From contig JAGIQG010000040.1 of the NCBI GenBank assembly GCA_024679065.1, positions 9,920,001 to 9,984,000 on the forward strand: a stretch of DNA of 64,000 bases. Reading direction: 5' to 3'. Position numbers and translations under genes: made by a program. Of the stretch, positions 29,001-41,041 are shown piece after piece. This DNA is from Sphyrna mokarran (taxonomy: Eukaryota). Every line of letters begins with the position of its first letter. Position 1 is the first letter of the stretch. The notes below the pieces were generated by a model. It ran no database searches, was not told the DNA's origin, and was given only the letters and a program-made list of their open reading frames with translations.

Positions 29001-29560
29001 CCCTGCCAAACTAGTTTAAAGTGTCCCAGTGGCTCTAGCAAATCTCCCCGCCATGATGTTAGTCCCCCTCCAGTTCAAATATAACGTATTCCTCTTGAAC
29101 AGATTAACCCTTTCCTAGAAACAATCTCAATGATCCAAAAATCTAAATCCCTACCCCCTGCACTAGCTGTAAACCCAGGCATTCATCTACCTAACTCTCC
29201 TAATCCTGCTCTCAAAAGCCCGGTAATAGTCCAGAAATTACTACCTTTGAAGTCCTGCACATTAATCTTCTGCCTAACTCTCAAAATTCACACTTCAGGA
29301 CCTCGCCCCTTTTCCCACCTATGTCATTGGTACCAATATGTACAACGACTGTACATATTGGTACCGTGACCCCTCGTACTATTTGAGTCCATCCTAGGAA
29401 AAAGCTTAACCCTATTTATTCTATCTGCTGCTGCTCACCCTGCTCAGAAGGTGCTGCTCACCCTCTCTCTTAAGAATGTTCACAATCGCTCATAGACTTC
29501 CTTGACCTTGGTACCAGGGAGACAGCACACCATCCCCTGGAGGTTCGATTGCGGACAAAG
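26025..29560 (-). mobile_element. Long degenerate CR1 LINE (endonuclease plus RT)
   Basis: DIIEITETWL...GGGV endonuclease, NYRPVGLTSVVGK and PHLECCVQFWSP RT motifs. Confidence 0.9.
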
Positions 29561-29949
29561 AAACGCCTATCCGTTTTTCTAACTATTCTTTCACAGCAGC
29601 TCCTCCACAAATCACCCTCTGGTCACAGTGACTGTACTTATGAAAATGTGAACTGAATCCGCTAATCACCTTTGCCAGTAAGTTAGTTTTATACTCATAG
29701 TTACTCTTATTTCCGCCTTCCAACCTCTTCCTGCAGACTAGGTTATCGCCTTTAACACCATTAATCGTACGAAACTCAGCAGTGTTAACCATTGTTCCAT
29801 CATTCTGCCAACTCAAGAACAGCTTCTTTGCAAACGTTTGAATGGGCCTACATCGCAACAAAATGTTCTTCTTCTACACCCTAGCTATAATTGCAACATT
29901 ATCTTCTGCACTCTCTCCTTCTCTATGTACAGTATGCTTTGTCTGTAAA

Positions 29950-30770
29950 GTACTAATAGAGGTGTACAAGATTATGAAGGGGACAGATAGAGTAAACAGG
30001 GTTAAGCTTTTTCCTAGGATGGACTCAAATAGCACAAGGTGTCATGGGGTTAGGGTAAGGGGGATAAGTATAATTTGGATGCTAGAGGGAGTTTTTTCAC
30101 ACAGAGGGTGGTGGGGGTGTGGAATGCGCTGCCAAGTAAAGTGGTGGAGGCAGGCATTCTGGAGTTATTTAAGAAATACTTAGATGGGCACATGAACAGA
30201 ATGGGAATGGGGGGGTATAGAAAACTGATTTAAAATAGGGATCATGAGCCTTGGGAGTCCCTGGGAAGTGTGTAAGTAGATGATGATATTGATGTACTTG
30301 TTTTTTGTCCTACAGGTGCTTTGGAAAACCTTGTTGTCTAACGAGGGGCATACATGCGATGGGTCATGAGAGGGCTGCTCTTGGATCTTTTTCAAGAGTA
30401 TCCTAGTGCTTCACGTCGTTAGTGTACGCTTGGCCTGGACCATTTGATGGGCAACACAACAGCTCAGTGATTATCACTGTGCTGTGCAGATACATGGATT
30501 TGGGCCTGCGTCTGTGAGAGTTTGCGCATTCTCCCCGTGCTTGCGTGGGTTTTCTCTGGGCGCTCCGGTTTCCTCCCACATCCCAAAGATGTGCTCTTAG
30601 GCTAATTGGCAAAACAAATTCTCCCTAAATTGTCTCAAATTTGGTTTTTAATCCATAGATCTATAAACATGGACAGAGATCACGGGTAGAGGTGGGAACA
30701 TCAGGATGGCGGCGCGGGCTTGTTGGGCCGAAGGGCCTGTTTCCCGTGCTGTTTTGTTCTTTGTTCTTTG
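29950..30770 (+). mobile_element. CR1/V-SINE composite element (ORF2 end, spacer, SINE head and V-core, CR1 tail)
   Basis: Reverse complement of 60692-61510. Confidence 0.85.
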
Positions 30771-31154
30771 TACTCAAGGGACAATAGCTTTCACTGTACA
30801 TTAATACATGTGACAGTAATAAATCAAACCAATTCAAATAAAACCAAATCAGTCTTTCACACCTCAGGCTGGAACGATGCGCTTTGGCCTTACCAATGAC
30901 CTTGTGCAGATTGATGATGTATACAGGACTGCTGTGATCGAGAATGCATTTGCAAGGCTCAATGTGGGCATTGAGGACACGGTATGGACACTGCGAGAAA
31001 CTGCACATGCTCAAAGTGGATCCTTTCCAGAAGAAAAAAACACCATGCGTTCTTGTAACAAGAGATGGTGTAGACATGAATGTGTAAAGTATGATCAGTA
31101 AGTTCACAAATGGTAGAACAATTGGTGGTGTGGTAAATATTGAGGAAAGTCTTC

Positions 31155-31460
31155 AATCATAGGAATCATAGAATTTGACACTGCAGAAGGAGGCCATTCG
31201 GCCCATGGAGTCGGCATCGACCACCATCCCAACGAGGCCCAATCACCATGACCTCATGCATTTAACCTAGCGAGACTTCCTGCTACTAAAGATTATTTAG
31301 CTTTGCCAATCCACATCTTTGGAAATTGGAGCACCCGGATGAAATGCACACAGACATGGGAGAGTGTGCAAACTCCACACGGATAGTCGGCCAAGCCAGG
31401 AATCGAACATGCGTCCCTAGCACTGTGCGGCCGCAATGCTATCCACTATGCCACTGTGCC
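31155..31460 (-). mobile_element. HE1/V-SINE-like element
   Basis: Minus-strand ggcacagtggcatagtgg...gttcgattcc head and core. Confidence 0.75.
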
Positions 31461-32325
31461 GAGAAATGGCCAGGCTTGTCAGATGGGTCAAGGGAATTTC
31501 AACCTGAAAAATTAGAGGAGATGCATTTTGCAACGACTAACAGTGCAAGCTACTGCACAATGAACTGTAGAGTGTGAGGGAGTGCAGAGAACCAGAATTA
31601 AATTGGGCTGCATATATGAAGATTTCTGAAGCTGATAAAACAGGTGGATGAGGTGGTTGAGACAACATGTAGATTACTTGCTTTAAGCAACCACAGCATA
31701 GAATATAAGAGCCCAGAGATTATGATGGCAGTGTATGAAATGCTGGTTAGACCACAGCAAGACTATTGAGTGCAGCTCTGGTCATCACACCACGGAAGGG
31801 ATGTAATTGCACTGAAGACGGTGGAGAGGAGATTCACCAGGATGCTGTCTGCGTCGGAGAGTTTCAGCTATGAGGAGAGACTGTTTTTTTTTACCTTAGA
31901 GAAGAGATGGCTGGAGGGGGAACGGGTGTCGTAGGTAGTGGTTGTGGAGTGCTTTCAGGTAGAGGGGGGAAACTGAGTGATATGTACAAGATTATCTGTA
32001 CATAGGTGGAAAGAAACTGTTCGCTTTAGTAGAGATACCAATAACCAGAGGAGTGTGGATTTAAGGTAAAGAACAGATTTCTCTGTGGATTTGAGGGAAA
32101 ATGTTTTCATCCACAGGGTGCTGAGATCTGCAGCTTAGGGCCTGAAAGGATGTTAGAAGCGGGGACAACCACAAGAAGCATTTAGATAAGCAAATCAAAC
32201 ACGCCAGAGCATACAAGGCTGTGGATCGAGTTCTAGAAAATGGAATTTGATTAGATTGGTGTTTGATGACCATTTCCGACATAAAGGGCCAAAAGACCAC
32301 ATTTTGTGCTGTTAAACCTCGATGA
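31460..32325 (+). mobile_element. Old CR1 LINE 3' fragment
   Basis: Degenerate FQPEK.EEMHF and LVRP...VQLWS motifs. Confidence 0.75.
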
Positions 32326-32574
32326 CTGTTGGACCACCATCAGCAGCGGACCCATCATTTGCAGCTCTCACAGTGCTGGCTGGGATACCAACCATGCACC
32401 AATCCTATATGATTACAAATGTCCAAATGCAGCCAGCAGTGTGCTGCCTGGTCTGGGAGAGATATCTGTCAGCTCTCTGCTGCTGCAGCTAGCTTCAATA
32501 CAGCAGCTGCCCCCACAGAGTGTGGGGGACCTCAGCTCTTCGTGAGCAGCCCCCAACTGGATATAGCCTCACCC

Positions 32575-32935
32575 CACATCCACGCAAGCCAATCTCCTCT
32601 TTCCCCACACCAACTGCATGCAGAGAGGCAGCGAAGACCTTTCCCTATCCCACTGGGCATACAGAGAGAAAGCGAAACCCCCACCCTAACCTACGGTGCA
32701 TGCACCAGGACAGCAAGAGCACTCCCTATGACATTGTGTTTGCAGAGAGGCAGTGAGGCCCCTCCCTAAACCACTTTGCATGCAGAGAGGCAGCGAGGCT
32801 ACCTCCCTACCCCACTGTACATTCAGAGAGGCAGCGAATCCCCCTCCTAACGAACTCTGCATGCAGCAAGGCAGCGATGCCCCCTCCCTACGCCACTGTG
32901 CATGTAGAGAAGCAGCCAGACACCATCCCTGCCTG
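32575..32935 (+). repeat. ~40-bp tandem repeat, ~9 diverged copies (tgcatgcagagaggcagcga...ccctccctaccccac)
   Basis: Visible directly; a 15-bp x3 repeat (ccttcagctcccgcc) follows at ~33103-33145. Confidence 0.85.
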
Positions 32936-33722
32936 ACGATCATGTGCAGAGTGTGTGTAGGACCTGCTACCCTGACCAATCTTGTGCAGAACAGCAGTAA
33001 GGCTGTGTTCTTTACTCTATTAAAGGCATGCAGCGTGGCAATGAGCTGCTCTCCTGACTGCATCGGTCGCTCCTCAGTGGCCCATCTGTTTTCAGGCCTA
33101 ATCCTTCAGCTCCCGCCCCTTCAGCTCCCGCCCCTTCAGCTCCAGCCACTGCAGATCTAGCCCCAAAAAGGTCCTGCTTCTGCACACTATGGCCCGTACC
33201 CCTCCCCCCGCCCCCTCTTGTAGACTCCGCCGCCTCAGGCCCCACCCCTGGTACTGCCCGGGTGACAGTGCCAGTGGGCATTGCCCAGGGAGAACCCAAC
33301 TTTGCTCTCGACCTTGCCCAGTGTGCCCTATAGCCTTTGGTTCCACCAGCGAAGCCATCAATATGCGTCCTCATATATGTGGCAAGTTGTTTTCCTCACC
33401 GGACAGAACCTCTGTCAGTGAGGCTACAAAAACAAGAGTGCCGGTTGAATGCATCCCAAGATCTCTAATTGTAATTAAATTAGTTTTAAAATAAATTTCA
33501 ATAATTTATTCACCCTCTTGCCAGAAATGATGGGAGACTGAATCCGCTGCCTATCTTTTGCAGGTGAAGGTTGCAAGAGGCGAGAAATCGGGCGTCGGCC
33601 TGAGTTCTAGTCTGTCACGGGGTTTTATTGCTCACCCCGCCAGCGATGGTCATGGAGTGATTGTTATCCTGCATCCTACCATGTGTGTGTTGTTTGCGTT
33701 GATGTTTTCTGTACCGGTATGC

Positions 33723-33762
<40 letters not shown>

Positions 33763-33949
33763 ACAACAGAGTATCTGATGAGTGTCCCGAAATGTGCGTT
33801 ATTGTGGAGTCTTACAATAATTTTGATTCTTGAATTTGTGTGCGAGTGGAAGTGTGTAAATCTGATTGATTCTAACAGTAAATGTGTGTATTAATATACG
33901 TACGTTTGAGTGTGTCTATGTGTTTGTGTTCCTGTGAATCTAGGACTGT

Positions 33950-34210
33950 TGTGGTGGTACAGAGGATACTGTTATTGCCTCATAACACTTGGCGCCATGG
34001 ATCAATTCCAGGTTTGGCCCCTGTCTATGCAGAGTCTGCACTTCTCCTTTGTTCTGCACGGGTTTCTTCCCACTCTCTGAAAGTTGTGTTGACTTTTCCA
34101 AATTCACCCTTAGTGTACCAAAACAGGCGCTGCAGTGTGGCAACTCGGAGATTTTCGAAGTAACTTAACTGCAATGTTAATGTTCGCAATTTATGGCATC
34201 GTGGAATAAA
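33950..34210 (+). mobile_element. V-SINE-like remnant
   Basis: Degenerate head, core and tail similar to 22310-22600. Confidence 0.6.
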
Positions 34211-34711
34211 TTTAAAATTTTATGAAATATGTTCCCTCTCTGTGAGATCCTCCTGCGCATATATGATCAACAAAATTGATTCTGCGGTCTGATGATTGGA
34301 TGGGTGAGCTGATGTTTTATGCAGAGGATAAAAATGATTCTGTCTTAATTATTTACTCACAATAGAAGAGCATTTGAGTTCACAGGTCTATGGAAAGTCA
34401 CAGAACACAGAAACATCTAGCCCATAGGCCCTGAGACAATTGTCAAGGCTGAAATAATGACTAACTAGATATAAATATTCAGCAGAAACAACAAAAGCAG
34501 TAAACCCAGTACAATAAATTACAAGGAAATCAATACAGTTAAATCGCCCTTTTAGAATTGGGAAGTGGACACGGGGTTGGGACTTTACAACTTCACTCTT
34601 CCACAAGTTGCAAATTTCTGCCTGTGTTCGACAAACATTCCCATGCTCCGCCCCTCACCTGTGCCGATTCCTGTGGCAATCAGGCTGGTACAATTCCAGT
34701 CTGGGACTTAC

Positions 34712-34955
34712 CTGGAACACCAACAATAGCGAGGAAGGGATAGTAAAAACATTGAATCGCCTTCAGTAGGTATTCAATTCGATCAGCTGTTGTTATCCAC
34801 GAAGCATCCTCAGTAAACTGAGATATCCAATAGAATAAACTCCTATCCTCGGTTGGAACATTCCAATCTATTGTTCCCAGATTCTGATCAATTGTTGGAA
34901 CGGTCTGGTTCATTGTTCCCAGACTCTGATCCGTTATAGGAAGATTCCAATCCAT
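34712..34955 (-). pseudogene. GPR139/GPR142-like class A GPCR, exon 1 (MDWNLPI...IQCFYYPFLAIVGVP|G)
   Basis: ATG 34955; YYP.L..VGVP motif at the start of TM1; donor G|GTAAGT, phase 1, compatible with exon 2. Confidence 0.85.
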
Positions 34956-35309
34956 TTCTTTCAGCTCCTGATCTCTCCTCTCTCTCCCTCTCTCTCCACA
35001 CCCGCTGATCTCTGTTAGTGTCAGAATTGTCGCTTCCGCTGACTCTATGGGACAACACGTTGAACGGAATGCCTTATTAATAGAAAAGCGAAAACCATCC
35101 AGGCACATTAATCAGATCCATCGAGGCTCGCATCAATTATAGTCACTAAACAAACAGCTTCACTTAACTCACCATAATCTAACACTTTTCATACACAAAG
35201 TGGAATATTTACAGCCTAGATAGGCTGTTGAGGGTCAGGGACGTATGGAAAGTCGGTATTAATGGAGGGTCAGGTTGTAAATCTTTCAATATTTATTCAA
35301 TATAACAGA

Positions 35310-35710
35310 GTTGACTCTGCTAGCATTCATTTCCAGATGTTTAGAATACAAAAGTAGGGATGTACTACTGACGTTTTCTAAGACTCTGCGTAGACCACAT
35401 TCAGAATATTGTCAGCAATTTTGGGCTCCGTATCTAAGCAAGGATGTGCAGGCCTTGATGAGGGTCCAGAGGAGGTTCACAAAAATGAACTAACAAATGA
35501 AAGATGTAACACATGAGGAACGTCTGTAGACTCTTGCTCAGTACTCGACGCAGTTTGGAAGGATGAGGAGGGGGATATCATTGAAGATAACAGAATAATG
35601 AATGGCGTGCATAGTTTGTGCTTGGGAAAGATGTTCCCAATCGTAGGATGGACCAGGATGCGAGGGCACAGCCTCAGAGGAAAGGGACAGCTCTTTAGAA
35701 CTGTGATGTG
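35310..35710 (+). mobile_element. Old CR1 fragment
   Basis: LAFISRCLEYKSRDV...RPHSEYCQQFWAPY. Confidence 0.75.
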
Positions 35711-35779
35711 GAGATGTTGGTGTTGGACCGGGTGGGCACAGAAAGAAATCTCACAGCATCAGTTGTCAATTCACCTGAT

Positions 35780-36362
35780 GAACATAGAACATAGAACATT
35801 ACAGCGCAGAACAGGCCCTTCGGCCTTCGATGTTGCGCCGACCAATTAGGAAACAGCAGTGACCCTCTAACCTAAACCATTCCCCTTTCGTCCATAAACT
35901 TATCTACTAACCTCTTAAACGCCACCAAACTTGGCGCATCTACAACTGACACAGGCAGGGCATTCCATACCCTTACCACCCATAGAAACATAGAACATAG
36001 AGAAACATAGAACATAGAACATAGAACATTACAGCACAGAACAAGCCCTTCGGCCTTCGATGTTGCGCCGACCAATATAAAAAGCAATGCCCCTCCAAAC
36101 TAAACCATTCCCTTCTCTTCCATATACTTATCAACTAACCTCTTAAACGCCACCAAACTTGGCGCATCTACAACTGCTGCAGGCAGGGCATTCCACTCCC
36201 GAACCACCCTTTGGGTAAAGAACATACCTTTGACATCCGTCCTATAACCACCACCCTTTAATTTAAAGCTATGTCCCCTCGTGCTAGCTTTCTCCATCCT
36301 AGGAAAAAGGCTATCACCGTCCACCCTATCTAACCTCTAATCATCTTATATGTTTAAATAAG
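35780..36362 (-). mobile_element. Two abutting young CR1 3' ends (35780-35980; 35981-36362)
   Basis: Each has a (GTTCTAT)n tail and the ORF2 C-terminus. Confidence 0.9.
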
Positions 36363-36561
36363 GTAATTGAAACATATTGATGAAGGAGCATTGTTCCAAA
36401 AGCTCATGATTCCAAATAAACCTGTGGGTCTTTAACCTGCTGTTGTGAGACTCTTTACATTAGAAATGTGGTGAGGAGGAAATTCTTCAGCCAGGGTGAG
36501 GTGAATCTCACCCTGGGTAGTAGGGATAACACTGGAAATTACAGGCCGTTGAGTTTGACAT

Positions 36562-37433
36562 CATAGAACATAGAACATAGAACATTACAGCACAGAACAG
36601 GCCCTTCGGCCTTCGATATTGCGCCGACCAATATAAAAAGCAATGCCCCTCCAAACTAAACCATTCCCTTCTCTTCCATATACTTATCAACTAACCTCTT
36701 AAACGCCACCAAACTTGGCGCATCTACAACTGCTGCAGGCAGGGCATTCCACTCCCGAACCACCCTTTGGGTAAAGAACCTGCTTCTGATATCCGTCCTA
36801 TAACTATCACCCCTTAATTTAAAGCTGTGTCCCCTCGTGCTAGCTTTTTCCATCCTAGGAAAAAGGCTATCACTGTCCACCCTATCTAAACCTCTAATCA
36901 TCTTATATGTTTCGATCAGGTCCCCTCTTAGCCTCCTCCTTTCTAACGAAATGTGGAGGCATTGGAGAGGGTACAGAGGAGGTTTACCAGGATGTTGCCT
37001 GGTATGGAGGGCAGGTCTTATGAACACAGGCTGAGGGATTTGAGGTTGTTTTCGTTAGAAAGGAGGCGGCTAAGAGGGGACCTAATCGAAACATATAAGA
37101 TGATTAGAGGTTTAGATCGGGTGGACAGTGATAGCCTTTTTCCTAGGATGGAGAAAGCTAGCACGAGGGAACACAGCTTTAAATTAAGGGGTGATAGTTA
37201 TAGGACGGATATCAGAGGTAGGTTCTTTACCCAAAGGGTGGTTCGGGAGTGGAATGCCCTGCCTGCAGCAGTTGTAGATGAGCCAAGTTTGGTGGCGTTA
37301 AAGAGGTTAGTTGATAAGTATATGGAAGAGAAGGGAATGGTTTAGTTTGGAGGGGCATTGCTTTTTATATTGGTCGGCGCAACTTCGAAGGCCGAAGGGC
37401 CTGTTCTGTGCTGTAATGTTCTATGTTCTATGT
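36562..37433. mobile_element. Head-to-head pair of young CR1 3' ends (minus 36562-36950, plus 36950-37433)
   Basis: Near-identical inverted arms with tails pointing outward. Confidence 0.92.
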
Positions 37434-38697
37434 TGTCTACAAAACAGTATTGCAAATTAAATGGCAGATGGGAACAAGACAGATCCCATGGGATTTCCGT
37501 GATTTCATGTCGATGGTATCAGAGAAAATAGAACACAGAGAGGGGGTCCCTAGAGTGATGCACAGTGAATTCTGGACATTAGCATCAGGGGGTCGGATCT
37601 GATCAGGGAGAAATGCATACAGAAACAGAAGGGATGCTTAATGGTTACAACTAGACCCTCAATTTGTTTTCTGGACAATGGACTCTGTTCTTATCTCATG
37701 GAGCAGTAAGAGAAAAAAAATTATCTTTGTTTGTTTTAACCAAACGTGAAGCTTTATCAGAAGGCCCTAGTCTCGGAGAATAAGTAGTTACTTGTATCAA
37801 ATGAGCCCTAGCTTTTTGAAGTTTCTGCATTTTTTTCTCAGTGGTCAATTCCCAAACTAGTCATAATTGGAAAATTTGTAATCGATGCTGTGCTTATTCG
37901 AAACACGACTGAAGGGGAAAATTATTGACCAATTTACAAGGTTTTTGACAGAACACATAAGACACCACACAAACAAAATAAATCTTGAAACAATGATAAG
38001 GTAATGAAAAAAAAATACTTTACACATATGTGGATGCAGTAAGATAATTAAATAAGCAATTATGTTTATAAAACATATATGCTCATATTTTAGATGTAAT
38101 TTATATATTGAATAAATTGTTGTTAATTTCAACCAAAATCAAGTCGCTGTAAGATGTGATGGTAAAATTAAAGAGTTGAGAGCCAATAGCCTGGGAAATT
38201 TCGTAGTTAGCAAAATTAATATCTGAAAGTTTCTGGCGAGGGAATATATTTTGCAATGTTATGATTGGTGGCAAACAATGTTTACACATAGAGTAGATCT
38301 TACTGGGACCCCGGATCACATGTTCATCCAGTCTTGGAAATGAGTCAGTGGTTATGTTCACTTTGACCTCTACATGAGCGTCCTTAGTCACACAGCAAAG
38401 GGAAGTGAGTTCAGTCAAAATGGGAGTCAGCATTGGTACTGAATCGACGAATTAGATATCATTACGCAGGTATATAAAATGCAGTTGACTGAGAAATGTG
38501 TCAGGAATTATAATTGATGTATGTTTACAGAATGTAATTGATTTTAACCTAATATGAGGTGGGAATGATCGTTAAGAACATCTATAATTGATCTGTTATT
38601 GACTGCACATGTTAGATTCATAGGAAAGATCCTGCTGCTGTATCCCAGAGGCACTTAACCCTTTTGGTGATCTTCCAGCAGCTGTGTATTTTGCTTT

Positions 38698-39870
38698 AAC
38701 ATAGAACATAGAACATAACAGCACAGAACAGGCCCTTTGGCCTTCGATGTTGTGCCGACCAAAATAAAAAGCAATGCCCCTCCAAACTAAACCATTCCCT
38801 TCTCTTCCATATACTTAGCAATTAACCTCTTAAACGCCACCAAACTTGGCGCATCTACAACAGCTGCAGGCAGGGCATTCCACTCCCTAATCACTCTTTG
38901 AGTAAAGAACCTACCTCTGATATCCGTCCTATAACTCATACCCCTTAAGTTAAAGCTGTGTCCCCTCGTGCTAGCTTTCTCCATCCTAGGAAAAAGGCTA
39001 TCACTGTCCACCCTATCTAAACCTCTAATCATCTTATATGTTTCGATTAGGTCCCCTCTTAGCCGCATCCTTTCTAACGAAAACAACCTCAAATCCCTCA
39101 GCCTCTCTTCATAAGACCTGCCCTCCATACCAGGCAACATCCTGGTAAACTCCTCTGTACCCTCTCCAATGCCTCCACATCTTTCTTATAATGTGGGGAC
39201 CAGAACTGCACACAATACTCCAAGTGCGGCCGCACTAGAGTTTTGTACAGTTGCAACATTATGCTGCGGCTCCTAAATTCAATCCCCCTACCAATAAAAG
39301 CTAAGACTCCATATGCCTTCTTAACAACTTTATCCACTTGACTGCCTACTTTCATGGATCTATTGACACATACACCAAGATCCTTCTGTTCCTCAACACT
39401 ATTAAGATCCCTACCATTAGCCCTATACTCTACACATTTATTGTTCCTGCCAAAGTGCATTACCTCACACTTTTCCACATTAAACTCCATTTGCCACCTC
39501 TCGGCCCAGCTCTGCAACTTGTCCAAGTCACTCTGTAAACTATAGCACCCCTCTTCACTATCTACCACTCCACCGACTTTAGTGTCATCTGCAAATTTAC
39601 TGATCCATCCCTCAATACCCTCATCCAGATCATTTATAAAATTACAAACAGCAGGGGCCCCAAAACAGACCCCTGAGGCACACCACTCGTCACCGAACTC
39701 CACGATGAATATCTCCCATCAACCACCACCCTCTGTCTTCTATCTGCCAGCCAATTCCTAATCCAATTAGCTAAATCACCCTCTAGTCCACACATCTGCA
39801 TTTTCTGTAGAAGTCTTCCATGGGCCACCTTATCAAACGCCTTACTAAAGTCCATATATACTACATCAAC
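38698..39870 (-). mobile_element. Young 5'-truncated CR1 LINE with one frameshift (~39150)
   Basis: SGVPQGSVLGP and FADD RT motifs; near-identical to 62395-63498. Confidence 0.95.
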
Positions 39871-40602
39871 CGCCCAAAACTTTTGTTGAAAACTTTTGTT
39901 TTCAATTAGTATCACCACCTCACAGAGAGGTATCCATCTCGTGAGTTTTATATTGTCGACAGTTAAAGACGGTCTTGGTCATGTCAAATTACCCACAACA
40001 CTAGACATACTTTGGAAATTTGTAATCGATGATGTGTTTAAGTGACATACACCTCAGTTTCTTCGTTTCACATGATGATTTGCATATCTGTTCTGTATGT
40101 TTCCACCTTGTGGTTTGCCTGCCTGGAAAGTATTTCATCGGACGATATAAAGAGAGATATACTCTGGTAACCCAGGCTACAGCGACACTGATAGCGTTTT
40201 TTTTTAAGGGTCGGTGTATAAAAAAACTATTTTCTGCTGCACACTGCCCTGCATTGGCCTCTAATGAAGGTAACATTTTGCTCTTTAGAATTACCTGAAA
40301 CTCGTCAGTGACAGACCAGTTTATGTGTGAAATCGCCCCGGCCCTCCTCATTATTCACTAATTCTGTGGATTTTATCATGAAAAGGCAGAGATGAAGGTG
40401 CATTTAAAGGAAGGATCACTGGGTGGCAGAGTGACTATTTCACTAAACGGCCTTGAGTTCAAACACATCCCAGACATGACTGGAAAAATTCCTGCCTGGA
40501 AAAGAGGGGAAACGATATAATCGGGAAAATGGAACAGAGTTGATGGGTTTTGGAGAGAAAGGAATTAATCCAAACCAGAGTGGGTTAAAAATCCATTCAA
40601 TA

Positions 40603-40608
40603 TTTATT
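40603..40608 (-). terminator. Candidate membrane-form poly(A) signal AATAAA
   Basis: First AATAAA seen on the sense strand after the TM2 stop (~430 nt). Confidence 0.6.
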
Positions 40609-41032
40609 TTAAAAATTCAGAGAATATCTTACAGTTAGAAAAGTGAAGATAACGATCGAGCTTCACATTGAGAACAGAACACGTGCACAAGGAATCCATC
40701 AATATTTGTACATCTGATCCATACATCGAAAAGAGAAAACAGGATCCGAATAGAAAGCAGAATTATCAGATGCAAGTAAGGAATGAGAAAAAGTTTCTTA
40801 ATTACACATGGTATTTAAAATATTAAGCACAATTACATTACAATAAAAAAACCTTGTACATTTCACACTGAAATGTGAAATAATGTTTATCATTGCCTTG
40901 GCTACAGATTCAGAATTATAAACTGAGTTTTTTTTTACTTATAGAGTCACTGAGGGCACATATTGTATCCGTATCATCCGGAGGCTTTGATAGTCATCTG
41001 TGGTAAATCTACTGCGTCCAAAATTCAATTCA

Positions 41033-41041
41033 TTACTTGAT
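41033..41041 (-). CDS. IGHM: IgM TM2 exon coding part (IK*)
   Basis: Strong acceptor tctttcttttacag followed by ATC AAG TAA, 139 nt after the TM1 donor. Confidence 0.8.
   Translation of the reverse strand: MK

Noticed and set aside
36505-36562. FQCYPYYPG|gtgag, a possible extra GPCR-like micro-exon
   Set aside because: Very short, embedded among repeat fragments; similarity to IQCFYYP is within chance.
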